Assembly: GCA_041666915.1 (NCBI GenBank)
Contig: JBAYFZ010000002.1
Coordinates: 14,771 to 78,770 of the forward strand
DNA from: Minisyncoccota bacterium
Lineage (GTDB): Bacteria; Patescibacteriota; Minisyncoccia; Phycocordibacterales; PALSA-1337
Direction of reading: 5' to 3'
DNA length: 64,000 nucleotides
Of this stretch, positions 9,675 to 20,141 are shown one piece after another (the stretch's first letter is position 1; every line of letters starts with the position of its first letter). The notes below the pieces were generated by a model. It did no database searches and was not told where the DNA came from. It saw nothing but the letters and a program-made list of their open reading frames with translations. A program made the translations under genes and the position numbers.

Positions 9675-10583
9675 CTATTCCCAATTCACAACCTTAACTG
9701 TCTTTCCGTCAGAAGTTATCTTAACCGTTCCCTTCTCTTTCAAATTGAACTTCTTATCATCTTTAATATAAGCCAGAGGATCTATAACCTCTTTCTTTGC
9801 CTTCGCCCTTAAAACCGTAGACTTATTTGTAACCTTGCGTGAATACACCAAGTACTCTGGCTTAATTTCATTTATCAATTGTGAATAGATATTTTCCGGC
9901 AAAGCACTATGTGAAACTACTAGAACATCTGCATCGCCCAAAGTAGAAGATGGTGAAAAAACTATAGCCCTTTGGGTTTTATTAGAGGCACTACCCAAGA
10001 AGGTAATATTTGTTGAACCAAAAGAGATATTAAATAAAACCTCTGGTGAACTTGTCTTAGAATAAGTAAAATCACTATCTTTGATTGGAAATATGGATTT
10101 TATAGAAACTTTTCCATCTAAAACAATATTATCATCTGCCAAAACTTTGTCTGTTTTTATATTTTCAATATTTAAAGTATCAATAAAAGTAGAATAAATC
10201 TGATCCGTAGAACTAGCCAGACCAACAGTCTCTAATGTAACAGCAGGTACGAAGGCTTGATTGACTTTGTAACGCTCCACCACATCTATGAGGCCCGAGA
10301 CATTTTTACCATCGGTATTGGTAGCCATGATCATATCTATATAATGCGAATAAAAAGGAATAATCTTAGTCAATTCTCTTATAATCTCAGAATTTGGACC
10401 ACCATCAATAAGTATCCTTTTATCTTCTGGAGTACGTATGAACATGGAGCGTCCATTACTTAGAGAAAAAATGTATATCTCTAAAATAGGTGGCCTACTA
10501 GATTCTTTCCAAACGTAACCACCTAGACCACTAGCCAAGGCAGTAGAAGCTACAGCTATAACCAAAGGTTTTGATATATTCAT
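9675..10583 (-). CDS. Stand-alone ComEC/Rec2-type metallo-beta-lactamase-fold protein, metal motifs degenerate
   Basis: N-terminal anchor, TP...ILIDGGP, C-terminal GTVKITSDG; the usual THxxxDH position reads TNTDGKN. Confidence 0.8.
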   Translation of the reverse strand: MNISKPLVIAVASTALASGLGGYVWKESSRPPILEIYIFSLSNGRSMFIRTPEDKRILIDGGPNSEIIRELTKIIPFYSHYIDMIMATNTDGKNVSGLIDVVERYKVNQAFVPAVTLETVGLASSTDQIYSTFIDTLNIENIKTDKVLADDNIVLDGKVSIKSIFPIKDSDFTYSKTSSPEVLFNISFGSTNITFLGSASNKTQRAIVFSPSSTLGDADVLVVSHSALPENIYSQLINEIKPEYLVYSRKVTNKSTVLRAKAKKEVIDPLAYIKDDKKFNLKEKGTVKITSDGKTVKVVNWE

Positions 10584-10589
10584 ACCGTA

Positions 10590-10645
10590 ATCATATAGAT
10601 ACGAGTTAAAATCCTGATTAAGAAAGGTTAAAGAAATGATGAAGA
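10590..10645 (-). promoter_or_regulatory. Competence-gene promoter box, copy 1
   Basis: 56 bp with 2 mismatches to the copy before comM; ends in TATGAT 6 nt before the ATG. Confidence 0.8.
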
Positions 10646-10757
10646 TTTTTTGATGATTTTAACTAGGTATTACCTCATTAAAATCATTTACCGTAAACAA
10701 AAAAGGTCTTTTGGCGTATAATCAAGGTCTATTCTCAATAATAAATCTCAAAATAAT

Positions 10758-11372
10758 ATGAAACAATTCACCCTAAAAACATTCACCATTCCGGCTCTAA
10801 AAGGAATTTCTGCAAAAAATATTGAGGAGCATTTGAAGCTATACGCTGGCTATGTCAAAAACACCAATCTGATCCTTACGAAGATTGAGGAACTAAAAAA
10901 AGATACTGACTCATCAACCCCCTCAGGACAAGGTAATGCATATATCGTCGGAGAGATAAACAGACGTTTCGGTTTTGAATACAATGGTATGCGCAATCAT
11001 GAAATATATTTTTCTTCATTAGAAGGCGCAACCCCTCTTAGCGATAAAAGTTCCCTCAAAAAAACGATTTCTGAGACTTGGGGATCCTTTGATGCTTGGC
11101 TGGCAGAATTCAAACTTATTGGACTTACTCGTGGCATTGGTTGGGCTATTCTATATTATGATAATAAAGATGGTCGTCTCCTCAATGCTTGGATTGACGA
11201 ACAACATTTGGGACAACTTCAAGGTTGCTCCCCTATTCTCGCTATGGATATGTGGGAACATTCCTATGTAGCCGATTACCAGCCTTCTGGAAAGAAAAAC
11301 TATATTGAAGACTTTTTTGCAAATTTAAATTGGGAGGTTATTGAAGGAAATTTCAAAAAAGCGGTTAGGTAA
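10758..11372 (+). CDS. sod: Fe/Mn superoxide dismutase
   Basis: H..LYAGYVKN, NHEIYF, DMWEHSY. Confidence 0.9.
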   Translation: MKQFTLKTFTIPALKGISAKNIEEHLKLYAGYVKNTNLILTKIEELKKDTDSSTPSGQGNAYIVGEINRRFGFEYNGMRNHEIYFSSLEGATPLSDKSSLKKTISETWGSFDAWLAEFKLIGLTRGIGWAILYYDNKDGRLLNAWIDEQHLGQLQGCSPILAMDMWEHSYVADYQPSGKKNYIEDFFANLNWEVIEGNFKKAVR

Positions 11373-11457
11373 TACAATTGCGAAATAAATCTATTATGTA
11401 AAGAAAAGGTGTGTTCAATTTCTTGACACCGCTCCTTATTTGGAATAAACTCCTACC

Positions 11458-11612
11458 AGTGAAATACTTTGAGATTTTTGAGATTCTCTAAGAGCGGAAA
11501 ATCCGGGTCGGCCGCCAGCGTTCGCTTCGGCGAATATGCAGTATGGAGGGATCGCTTCATGAAAATGAGGTGCCCGTCCTCCAGAGAATCTCAAAGTTCT
11601 TGAGGTATTTTT
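11458..11612 (+). ncRNA. Candidate structured RNA antisense to the 3' end of comEC
   Basis: TTGACA-17-TAAACT promoter (11423-11451); long closing stem with G-U pairs; C(UUCG)G and GAAA tetraloops on the + strand. Confidence 0.65.
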
Positions 11613-13380
11613 TATCGGTGACAAAAGAGGTGATAATGATTATCTCATCATTTACAGATTCAAAAACGATTACATGTGGTTCTCCTTCATTATCAGGAAA
11701 GAATTTAGTAATCAATAAACGATTATTCTTTCCCTTAAGAATAATATCTGGGTTCTTGAAAATTATCACCATCATTTCAAGTAAGTTTTTACCTTCCATA
11801 TCTTTCTCTGCAAGATGCTTAAAAGTCCTTCTAGAAAAATGTATCGATTTAAATTTTGTATTTAACAATTGAGATACAACAACCGTATTAAAATTAGTCA
11901 AAATCTTATCATCAGGATTATCAATCAAAACATTTTTTGGTAACTTCTGAAATTCTTTAAACAACAAAAGTAATGTATTTGAATCTGATCTTGATCTAAA
12001 AAGTTTAAAGCGGGTAAAAATCTTTCTTCTTAAGTAAACCCCCGCAAACACCACATAAAATCCAACGACCCACCAAAAGGAAAATGCTTCAACTTGTAAT
12101 GAAGCAAACGGGAATCTGGCGAAATTGTTGACCATAAAAAGTTCATAGGAAAGCAAGAGATGACTTGCCCAACCAAAAACTTGAGCCAGTGGTAACCAAA
12201 ACATTCCTACAATCCCAGTAATAAAAACAAAAAGCATGGTTACAGGAATAAAAGGTAGAACCAAAATATTGACCAACATTCCAATTATTGAAATCTGTCC
12301 CATCATATACAAGATGTAAGGTGAAACAAATATTTGTGTAGCTATAGTTGAAGCAACAATACCTCGTATACCAAATCTCTCCGTAATAAATGTCAGGCGC
12401 TTTTCTATTGGACCAGCAAGAATGATAAGTCCTAGAGTTGCCAAAAATGAAAGCTGGAAAGAAGGGTCATGCAAAAGTATCATCGGATTTTGAACGAGCA
12501 TGAGAAGACCAGCAAACATGAGCGCATGAATAACACTATAATCACGTCGGATAATGTCAGCGAAAAGAGCAATACTCGCCATCAGACAAGAACGAACAAC
12601 CGTGGCACCACCGCCAACCAAAATTCCAAACAAAGCGATACCAATACCACCAACTGATATTCCCCAAACTCTAGGCAAAAATGAAAGTAGGCGACGCATA
12701 GCGTCTGCAACAATAGTGATGTTGTATCCAGAAAGTACAACGATATGTATAAGTCCAACTTTTCTAAAATCATCTAACAGATCATTCCCCAGAGCAGACT
12801 TCTCCCCCACCACCAGACCAGATGCCAGAGCAGAGTGTGGTTCCCCTAAAGTTTTCTTCAAATTATTTACGAAATTTCTTTTCAGAGAAAATAATTGTGA
12901 AGAGAGTTTAGAAAAAAATGATTGAATTCCAAACCAAGATGAATTATTTTGTTGAACAATTTTCGTCAATGAAACAACCGCACTTTTCATCTCAAAATAA
13001 ATATCATCTTTTGCCAGATAATTTTTGTAATCAAAGATGCGACCCGAACCACTGTCAAAATTTGTCGGCTGTAATAATTTTCCTTTGAAAGAAACTTTAT
13101 CTCCAAAAGAAAATCGTGGATAAAGTTTGGTTTTCAAGCGAATGAGAAATTCTGTATTACAATATTTTGACGTACTCACTACCGAAAGATCCAAAACTGA
13201 GACAACAAAGACTTGTCCGTTTTCTTTTCGTTCTGGTTCATTCTCAATAATCCCAACTCCTTGAACATTCTGTTTCACACAATCACCTATATCTGGTGGC
13301 TCTATACCAAAAGATTGCCAGATACGAAAAATGGCAGTAGCTATGAATATACTCCAAAAAATAAAAACACCTCTCTTCAT
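11557..13380 (-). CDS. comEC: ComEC/Rec2 competence channel with extra C-terminal PBECR/RelE-like domain
   Basis: OB-like N-terminus, GLIHIVVLSGYNI, SFQLSFLATLG; about 155 extra C-terminal residues; start set at MKRGVF from the -10 position. Confidence 0.9.
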   Translation of the reverse strand: MKRGVFIFWSIFIATAIFRIWQSFGIEPPDIGDCVKQNVQGVGIIENEPERKENGQVFVVSVLDLSVVSTSKYCNTEFLIRLKTKLYPRFSFGDKVSFKGKLLQPTNFDSGSGRIFDYKNYLAKDDIYFEMKSAVVSLTKIVQQNNSSWFGIQSFFSKLSSQLFSLKRNFVNNLKKTLGEPHSALASGLVVGEKSALGNDLLDDFRKVGLIHIVVLSGYNITIVADAMRRLLSFLPRVWGISVGGIGIALFGILVGGGATVVRSCLMASIALFADIIRRDYSVIHALMFAGLLMLVQNPMILLHDPSFQLSFLATLGLIILAGPIEKRLTFITERFGIRGIVASTIATQIFVSPYILYMMGQISIIGMLVNILVLPFIPVTMLFVFITGIVGMFWLPLAQVFGWASHLLLSYELFMVNNFARFPFASLQVEAFSFWWVVGFYVVFAGVYLRRKIFTRFKLFRSRSDSNTLLLLFKEFQKLPKNVLIDNPDDKILTNFNTVVVSQLLNTKFKSIHFSRRTFKHLAEKDMEGKNLLEMMVIIFKNPDIILKGKNNRLLITKFFPDNEGEPHVIVFESVNDEIIIITSFVTDKKYLKNFEILWRTGTSFS

Positions 13381-13387
13381 GAGAAGC

Positions 13388-13443
13388 ATCATACAAGCGC
13401 GAGTTTAAATCCTGATTAAGAAAGGTTAAAAAAATGATGAAGA
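13388..13443 (-). promoter_or_regulatory. Competence-gene promoter box, copy 2
   Basis: 7 mismatches in 56 bp to copy 1; TATGAT 7 nt before ATG 13380. Confidence 0.8.
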
Positions 13444-13470
13444 AAACTTAGCCAAGGCCTATCTCGTCAA

Positions 13471-14196
13471 TCAAATCAAATACGCCTCATATTCTTCTAT
13501 TATTTTATTTTCATCTTCTACACTAATAGCTTTTTTATATCTTGCACCTCTTGCACCCTTTACTCTTTTTTCACATTCAGACCATGAACGATGAGTCTCT
13601 ATGACACCACCAACAGAACTTACATATGAATATGCTTTGGTTTTGGAATGAGATGATGAAGATTTCTTATCGTCTTTCTTCTCTTCATTATGTGAAACAT
13701 CCAAAATATTTTGTAAAGCATATTTAGAAAGAGGACCTTTGTATAACCTGATTTCTTGACCATCTGCAAAGGCAGTAGCTATCTCATCACATCTCTCGTT
13801 GCCGACAATACCGATATGACCACCGACATATTTCCAACTAACAGTTTTACTTTCTACTTGTAGAGAAAGTTTCATCCACAAATCTTTATTTGAAACATCC
13901 TCTTTTGTCTTTGTCTTCCAGCCATTTTTTTTCCAACCTTTTATCCATTTTGTAATGCCATTTATTACATAAGAAGAATCCGTATTGACAGTACAAGCTG
14001 AACCATCTGATGTATGAGAAAGCCCCTCTATTGTCGCCATCAACTCCATCTTATTATTTGTTGTAAATTTTTCACCACCACCAAGCTCTAAAACTTCTGA
14101 TTTATCAGAATCAAGTCTTGATACCACAACAGCACCCCAACCACCGGGACCAGGATTACCTCGCGAAGATCCATCTGTAAAAATTATATTTTCCAT
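13471..14196 (-). CDS. rnhA: Ribonuclease HI with C-terminal hybrid-binding (Cauli_VI-like) domain
   Basis: FTDGSSRGNPGPGGWG, TTNNKMEL, GNERCD; tail SWSECEKRVKG..GARYKK. Confidence 0.95.
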   Translation of the reverse strand: MENIIFTDGSSRGNPGPGGWGAVVVSRLDSDKSEVLELGGGEKFTTNNKMELMATIEGLSHTSDGSACTVNTDSSYVINGITKWIKGWKKNGWKTKTKEDVSNKDLWMKLSLQVESKTVSWKYVGGHIGIVGNERCDEIATAFADGQEIRLYKGPLSKYALQNILDVSHNEEKKDDKKSSSSHSKTKAYSYVSSVGGVIETHRSWSECEKRVKGARGARYKKAISVEDENKIIEEYEAYLI

Positions 14197-14219
14197 ATTA
14201 TTAAAATCAGTATAGCAAA

Positions 14220-15986
14220 TTATTTGACAATGACATCTATTATCCTCAACCTCAATTCACTCCTTCCTCTGTACATAGATTTTTCCAAAGAAGCTACGAG
14301 ATCAATCGTTTTATTAGCTATAACTTTACTTGCCCAACTTTCTTTCGCCCCAAAAAATGATATGGCTGAGACTTTTTCTCCACTCTTTTTCTTGAATGAA
14401 AGCTCAACATGTTCTTTACCCTTTCCAAAAATTTTAACCTCAACAGGAACAACATCTCTAAAAAGAAAAACTGGTTTTGGATTACCGATACCAAACGGAG
14501 CTAACTTATTTATCTCATTATACAATCTAGAATCAATCATTTCTAAAGAAAGTTCCATATCTATAACTGAGTCAGATTTATTTTCAATACTATCAACCTC
14601 CAAATCAAAATCGCCAGTTTTTTTGATATTTTTATTTAGAGCTTTCTTCATATCACCAACCGCTTTGTTTAACCTTTGCTCCAAAAAGTGTACGTCATCA
14701 TTGGAAACAGCGAAACCGCCAGAATGGTGATGCCCACCAAATTGTAAAAATGTTTCTATTGGAGTAGCTCGCATAAGTTCTACTACATTGGTTTGCCCTT
14801 CAGAACGACAAGAGCCCTTTATGATATCGTCCCCATCTCTCCCCCAAAAGAAAGCTGGTCTATCAAATTCCTCTGCACAAGAGTTTGCAACCAAACCAAG
14901 GAGCGATGGTCGCCACAGAGGATTACCCAAAACTATTACGTCTGGCAAAGAATCTTGATATCTTTCATGTAAAATTTTCTTAACCTCTTTGACTAGAGAA
15001 GCGACGACCCCTTTTCTTTCATTATTTATCTTATCCAAATGATCTGCAAAAAAATGAGCATCTTCATCAGTGTCTGCAGAAAGAAGCTTGAAAGCGTCCA
15101 TAGGTTTCCCCATGCGTGAAGCCGCATTGATCCTAGGGGTGATCATAAAAGCAATATCATCTTCAGTTAGAAATCTTTGATTTATATTCAATTTACGCAA
15201 AAGTTGCATCAAGCCTTTCCTAGGACTCTTACGCAAAACTGCCAAACCAAAATGCGCAAAGATGCGATTTTCTCCAGTTAGACTGACCATATCTGAAAGT
15301 GTAGCAATACCGACCATATCCAATAACCATTTCTCGTGCCCTTCTTTCAAACCAAAACGATTCTTTTTTAGAATTGCTTGAATGAGTTTATAAGCAACAC
15401 CAGAACCGCATAGATTTTTATCAGGATAAGGACAATCTTTTTGTTTATGATCAACAATAGCAAAAGCTGGCGGTAAAGGAGTTGGTGGTTCATGATGATC
15501 TGTAATAATCACATCCATACCCAATTTTTTCGCACGAGTGACTGGCATAACATCAGTAACACCACAATCTACAGTTATGAGTAGCTTCACCCCTTCCCCA
15601 GCCAATTGTTCAACAGCTTCTACATTCAAACCAAAACCTTCATCATGACGATGTGGAATATATATAGAAAAATTACTGAAACCAATTCTTTTGAACAAAT
15701 CATTGAAAATGACAGATCCAGGGATACCGTCAGCATCATAATCGGCATATATAGCGATACGTTCATTATTATTTATTGCTTGAACGATACGATCGGCTGA
15801 TTTTTCGGCGTCTTTGAGAAGAAAAGGGTCATGAATATCTTTCTCATAATCTGGAGCCAGAAACTTTTCTGCGATTTTATTGTCCAAAATACCACGATGA
15901 AAGAGAAGGTGCGCAGTAATATCTGGCACACTATTCAATACAGCTCGCTCCTTATCATTTAATTGCCTACGGATATTGTATGACAC
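14220..15986 (-). CDS. recJ: ssDNA-specific exonuclease RecJ
   Basis: DYDADG, TVDCG, TDHH, PRINAASRM, GGH; probable GTG start at 15986 behind TATACT, which avoids overlap with the HIT gene. Confidence 0.95.
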   Translation of the reverse strand: MSYNIRRQLNDKERAVLNSVPDITAHLLFHRGILDNKIAEKFLAPDYEKDIHDPFLLKDAEKSADRIVQAINNNERIAIYADYDADGIPGSVIFNDLFKRIGFSNFSIYIPHRHDEGFGLNVEAVEQLAGEGVKLLITVDCGVTDVMPVTRAKKLGMDVIITDHHEPPTPLPPAFAIVDHKQKDCPYPDKNLCGSGVAYKLIQAILKKNRFGLKEGHEKWLLDMVGIATLSDMVSLTGENRIFAHFGLAVLRKSPRKGLMQLLRKLNINQRFLTEDDIAFMITPRINAASRMGKPMDAFKLLSADTDEDAHFFADHLDKINNERKGVVASLVKEVKKILHERYQDSLPDVIVLGNPLWRPSLLGLVANSCAEEFDRPAFFWGRDGDDIIKGSCRSEGQTNVVELMRATPIETFLQFGGHHHSGGFAVSNDDVHFLEQRLNKAVGDMKKALNKNIKKTGDFDLEVDSIENKSDSVIDMELSLEMIDSRLYNEINKLAPFGIGNPKPVFLFRDVVPVEVKIFGKGKEHVELSFKKKSGEKVSAISFFGAKESWASKVIANKTIDLVASLEKSMYRGRSELRLRIIDVIVK

Positions 15987-16034
15987 AGAACGAGTATAAC
16001 ATGCGCAACCGCTTGCTTGTGGTAAAATAGAAAC

Positions 16035-16400
16035 ATGGATAATAACTGTATCTTTTGTAAAATTGTAAACAAAGAAATTCCTGCCAATATTGTCTATGAG
16101 GATAAAAACTTTTTGGCTTTTCTTGATATACATCCAAAATCACCTGGTCACACCCTAGTTATTCCAAAGAAACACTATAGATGGGTTTGGGACGTTCCAA
16201 ATCTTACAGAATATTTCAACGCAACAGGAAAAGTAGCCTTAGCTATTCGCAAAGCCTTTGGCCAAGAAATGATCCTTTCCAAGATTGTCGGTGAAGAGAT
16301 ACACCATGCACATATCTGGTTGTACCCATCAGATGCTACAAAAGGCGATAAAAACGATTTTACAGAAAATGCTATGAAAATTTCAAAATCTTTACTTTAA
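16035..16400 (+). CDS. HIT family protein
   Basis: [21 protein letters not shown]. Confidence 0.93.
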   Translation: MDNNCIFCKIVNKEIPANIVYEDKNFLAFLDIHPKSPGHTLVIPKKHYRWVWDVPNLTEYFNATGKVALAIRKAFGQEMILSKIVGEEIHHAHIWLYPSDATKGDKNDFTENAMKISKSLL

Positions 16401-16432
16401 GGTACGAGACTTATGGTATAATAGTTAAAATT

Positions 16433-16573
16433 ATGAAACCAAAAATTCAAGTTCAATTACCACTCTCTACTCGTATAATCCTATACGCCACTTTTGTATC
16501 AAACGTTATAGTTACCGCAATGATAATCATGCAGTATTTCAATTATGTAGCATTAGCCTCTGCTATCAACTAA
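16433..16573 (+). CDS. Small 46-aa single-helix membrane protein
   Basis: MKPKIQVQLPLSTRIILYATFVSNVIVTAMIIMQYFNYVALASAIN; extended -10 TGGTATAAT upstream; below the ORF-track cutoff. Confidence 0.5.
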   Translation: MKPKIQVQLPLSTRIILYATFVSNVIVTAMIIMQYFNYVALASAIN

Positions 16574-17697
16574 CTGTTATTTAACACCTCAATTCCGGGT
16601 AAGGTTCCTTTTGCTAGAAATTCCAACATTGCTCCACCTCCAGTAGAAACAAAGGTGAATTTGCCTTGATCACCGTTTTCTGCAATAGCTGCCAAAGTAT
16701 CTCCCCCACCGACTATGGTCTCTGTACCATTGGAAGTAGCTTCGGCAATCATCTTTGCCAATTTCAAAGTATTATCTTTAAAACCCTTTTCATATACCCC
16801 CAAAGGACCGTTCCAAAGGATAAACTTCGCTCCTGAAACTTTCTGTTTCAATAATTCTAATGTTTCAGGACCAGAATCCATAGATTGATCTTCCTTATTC
16901 AAACCATTTACAGGCTTAATTTCACGATTTTGATTTGATAGATCCAAGGGTAATAATAATTTTGGATTATTTGCAAAACGAAGTAAATCAAAATCACCCT
17001 TTGATACCAAAGATTTTCCAATCTCATAACCCTTCTCCTTGAATATATCCGTAGCCAAGGCACCTCCTACAAAGACAAAATCTGCAATGTCCATAAATTT
17101 TTCTAGCAACGGCAACTTGGTTTCAAATTTTGCACCACCAAGAATGAATAGAAATGGATGAGCAGGATTAAAAACTTTGGAAAGATTGCCTATTTCCTTT
17201 TCCAACTGCAAACCAGCATAGCTTGATAAATATTTCGTAACTCCAACGACTGAAGCATGCGCTCTATGAGAAACAGAGAAGGCATCGTTTACATAAATAT
17301 CAGCCAAAGAAGCCAATTCTTTGGAAAACTTCGTATCATTTGCTTTTTCACCATCAAAATAACGAAGGTTTTCCAATAAGACGCAACCACCATCTTTCAT
17401 CTCATTTTCAATAATGTTATTGGCATTTTTCCAATTTTCAATAAAAACAACTTCTTGACCCAATTTCTTTAATTGTTTTGCAACAGGACTAAGTGAGCCA
17501 TTAGAACCATCACTTGCTTCTAAATGACTAATCAAAATAACTTTTGCCCCTTTTTCTCTCAAAAAATTTATAGTTGGTAAAGTCGCTTGAATGCGATAAT
17601 CATCAACTACAACATCATTTTTAACAGGCACATTGAAATCTGCACGCACCAAAACTTTAACCCCTTTCAATAATTGAATATCTTTAATTGTTTTCAT
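16570..17697 (-). CDS. pgk: Phosphoglycerate kinase
   Basis: VRADFNVP, LLENLR, WNGPLG, STGGGAMLEFL. Confidence 0.98.
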   Translation of the reverse strand: MKTIKDIQLLKGVKVLVRADFNVPVKNDVVVDDYRIQATLPTINFLREKGAKVILISHLEASDGSNGSLSPVAKQLKKLGQEVVFIENWKNANNIIENEMKDGGCVLLENLRYFDGEKANDTKFSKELASLADIYVNDAFSVSHRAHASVVGVTKYLSSYAGLQLEKEIGNLSKVFNPAHPFLFILGGAKFETKLPLLEKFMDIADFVFVGGALATDIFKEKGYEIGKSLVSKGDFDLLRFANNPKLLLPLDLSNQNREIKPVNGLNKEDQSMDSGPETLELLKQKVSGAKFILWNGPLGVYEKGFKDNTLKLAKMIAEATSNGTETIVGGGDTLAAIAENGDQGKFTFVSTGGGAMLEFLAKGTLPGIEVLNNS

Positions 17698-17705
17698 TGT
17701 TTTAT

Positions 17706-18470
17706 TTAAGAAATTGTATCAACCACCTTCAAAAGTTCACTGAAACCTGTAATATTGACACTTTCTCTTCCAACCAAAAGACCGTCAACTTTACCAGTTG
17801 TAATAATATCAAAAGCATTTCTAAAATTTACCGATCCTCCATAGAGAACCACGGCTTTCATAGCTAAACTAGCATCAAAAATATCAGAAAGAACTTTTCT
17901 AATAAAAATAGTCATCTCGTATATTTGATCCGAACTCATAGGCTCACTTACGCCAATAGCCCATACAGGTTCATAAGCCAAGACTATATCTTTTGCATAT
18001 TTCTTTGGAACATCAGCGAAAGTTTCTTTGATCTGTTGTTTCAAAAACTCAAAATGAGAGCCGTTTTCCGTATCTCTTGCTTTTTCACCAACACAAACCA
18101 CCGGCTTCATCCCTGCATCAAGAATAATCTTTATTTTCTTTGATACAATCTCATTTGTATCACCACGCTCACGTTCTTCCGAATGACCAACTATGACATA
18201 CTCAACTCCCATATTTACCAAGATTTTTGCACCAACTTCCCCAGTATGAGGACCTTCTTCATCTTTAGAAACTGACTGGGCTCCCATATGAAAATTACTT
18301 ATCCTGTCTTTCGGTGAACATACCTGAATAAAAACAAATGGCGGACAAATCACGGTCTCCGTCTTTTTTAATTCTGGGCTCAAATGTTGTACCTTTTTCG
18401 CAATCTGTTTTGCCTCATCAATTGTTACAGGATTCATCTTCCAATTACCGATAATGAGTTTTTTGTTCAT
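17706..18470 (-). CDS. tpiA: Triosephosphate isomerase
   Basis: GNWKMN, GHSE, AYEPVWAIG, LYGGSV. Confidence 0.97.
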   Translation of the reverse strand: MNKKLIIGNWKMNPVTIDEAKQIAKKVQHLSPELKKTETVICPPFVFIQVCSPKDRISNFHMGAQSVSKDEEGPHTGEVGAKILVNMGVEYVIVGHSEERERGDTNEIVSKKIKIILDAGMKPVVCVGEKARDTENGSHFEFLKQQIKETFADVPKKYAKDIVLAYEPVWAIGVSEPMSSDQIYEMTIFIRKVLSDIFDASLAMKAVVLYGGSVNFRNAFDIITTGKVDGLLVGRESVNITGFSELLKVVDTIS

Positions 18471-18508
18471 GGTCACATTATACCTAAAAATTGATCACTT
18501 AAACAACA

Positions 18509-18658
18509 CAAAACACATAAATTTGGATGCGATTCTACCCAGTAGGCGATCCTGCTGGATCGGGAGCAAGCGAGGCTTGTGACTAGGCTGTATGAATAAT
18601 ACTGCCTAGTCACAAACGAGTGAAGCGACAACGAAGCGCGCCAAATTTACGCGTTTTG
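18509..18658. repeat. Palindromic intergenic repeat family A, copy 1
   Basis: 78-bp core (18563-18640) identical to 36737-36814; has its own outer inverted arms. Confidence 0.9.
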
Positions 18659-18659
18659 A

Positions 18660-20141
18660 CTAATCCAATTGTTGCCAAGAAATAACCTGATACTGATTGG
18701 TTGCTTGAGGAAAAGATGGCGGTGGACCATACATTAGATTTCCATCGTAAATAATGTCTCGGACATCATAACCTGTACCATCTGTATAACTAAAACCGTA
18801 TCGCAAAAATGTTGCGATCATGCCATATAAAGTGAGAGAACTTCTAGCATAACTCGTACAATTTGAATTATAATAAAATCTACCAACACGACCCTTCTCA
18901 GCCACCAAAGCGGCATCTATACGTAAAGTATTCGCACTAAGCATTCCAACATTTATATTACCTTGTGCAATAAGACCGATACTATCCACTCCGTCATAAT
19001 TCGTATACTTTAAATTTTCATTAACTGTTATATTTGCATTTTTAAGTGGATCAGTATTACCGATAATACCGGCCGCTACCGTTACTCGTGTATTGTTTAT
19101 CTGACCATCAACCCAAAGATGATCGTCAACAAAGATAACTCCATTAGTTGGAATAGGATAATTACCTAAAAGAGTTTGATTTGACGAAATAGGTGTCTTT
19201 ATACTCCATGTCCCCCACTGATAATACTTTGGACCATTGACTTGAGACCGTGCCGTAGCATCTGCCCCACAATCTGGAGAACCAGCAGTAGGAGGGGCTT
19301 GTAGAGCATTAACCTTGTACATATCGTAACTAGTTACACCTCCAGTAACCTTAAACACCATATGGTATCCAGACTTACCAGAAGACGTCCATTCTTTACC
19401 TCCGGCAGACGGTTGAGCCAATGCCTGTAATTGCGTCAAACCCAAAGTTAAACCTGTAAAATCTGAACTAGGAACAGGAAACTGTCTACCTGCGATAAAA
19501 ACATCTGGACGATTTAATACTGGAGTGTTAGGACGAGGGTCATCTGTACCAACTGTTGTATAAACTCCCCACTGAGTTAAACCTGTATCAGGATCTGTAT
19601 AAGTAGTTCTCGCACTAGAGATAAGGTTATGCGCCACACCATCAAACCTTATTCCCCCATTAGAATGGATTGGTCCAAAAACTTCTGTACCTTCTCCAAA
19701 ACGCATATTATCATTTGCAACGACAGCATATTTTGCGAGCGATGGTATAGCTAAAGTTTTTTCAATAGTTCTAGATATTGTAGAAGAAGCCAACGTCCCT
19801 TTAGAAACTATCTTCACAATCGTTGAACCAGTGATCGGCGGAGTGATAGTTAACGAAAATGTTCCTAAAATACTTCCATTTTTGTCTACAAAATCATGTA
19901 CGTAAGGACCAGAAGTAGCTGTTCCGTCTTTATAATCATTTGGTGATTGAGCCAAATGCCACTGATAATAATCGGCACCAGCTTCCGCTATTTGAAAAGC
20001 TTGTTCGCGTTGTGCAACGTTACGGATACTAGCCAACAATGTAGCTCCCCAATTGGTAAGACCAATGATGATAGTTATAGCGACAGACGCAAAGATTATC
20101 ACCGAGAGAATAATATCGCCACGATTATTGGAAATTTTCAT
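18660..20141 (-). CDS. PilX-like minor pilin with large C-terminal domain
   Basis: RG|DIILSVIIF prepilin-like N-terminus, QAFQIAEAG. Confidence 0.75.
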   Translation of the reverse strand: MKISNNRGDIILSVIIFASVAITIIIGLTNWGATLLASIRNVAQREQAFQIAEAGADYYQWHLAQSPNDYKDGTATSGPYVHDFVDKNGSILGTFSLTITPPITGSTIVKIVSKGTLASSTISRTIEKTLAIPSLAKYAVVANDNMRFGEGTEVFGPIHSNGGIRFDGVAHNLISSARTTYTDPDTGLTQWGVYTTVGTDDPRPNTPVLNRPDVFIAGRQFPVPSSDFTGLTLGLTQLQALAQPSAGGKEWTSSGKSGYHMVFKVTGGVTSYDMYKVNALQAPPTAGSPDCGADATARSQVNGPKYYQWGTWSIKTPISSNQTLLGNYPIPTNGVIFVDDHLWVDGQINNTRVTVAAGIIGNTDPLKNANITVNENLKYTNYDGVDSIGLIAQGNINVGMLSANTLRIDAALVAEKGRVGRFYYNSNCTSYARSSLTLYGMIATFLRYGFSYTDGTGYDVRDIIYDGNLMYGPPPSFPQATNQYQVISWQQLD

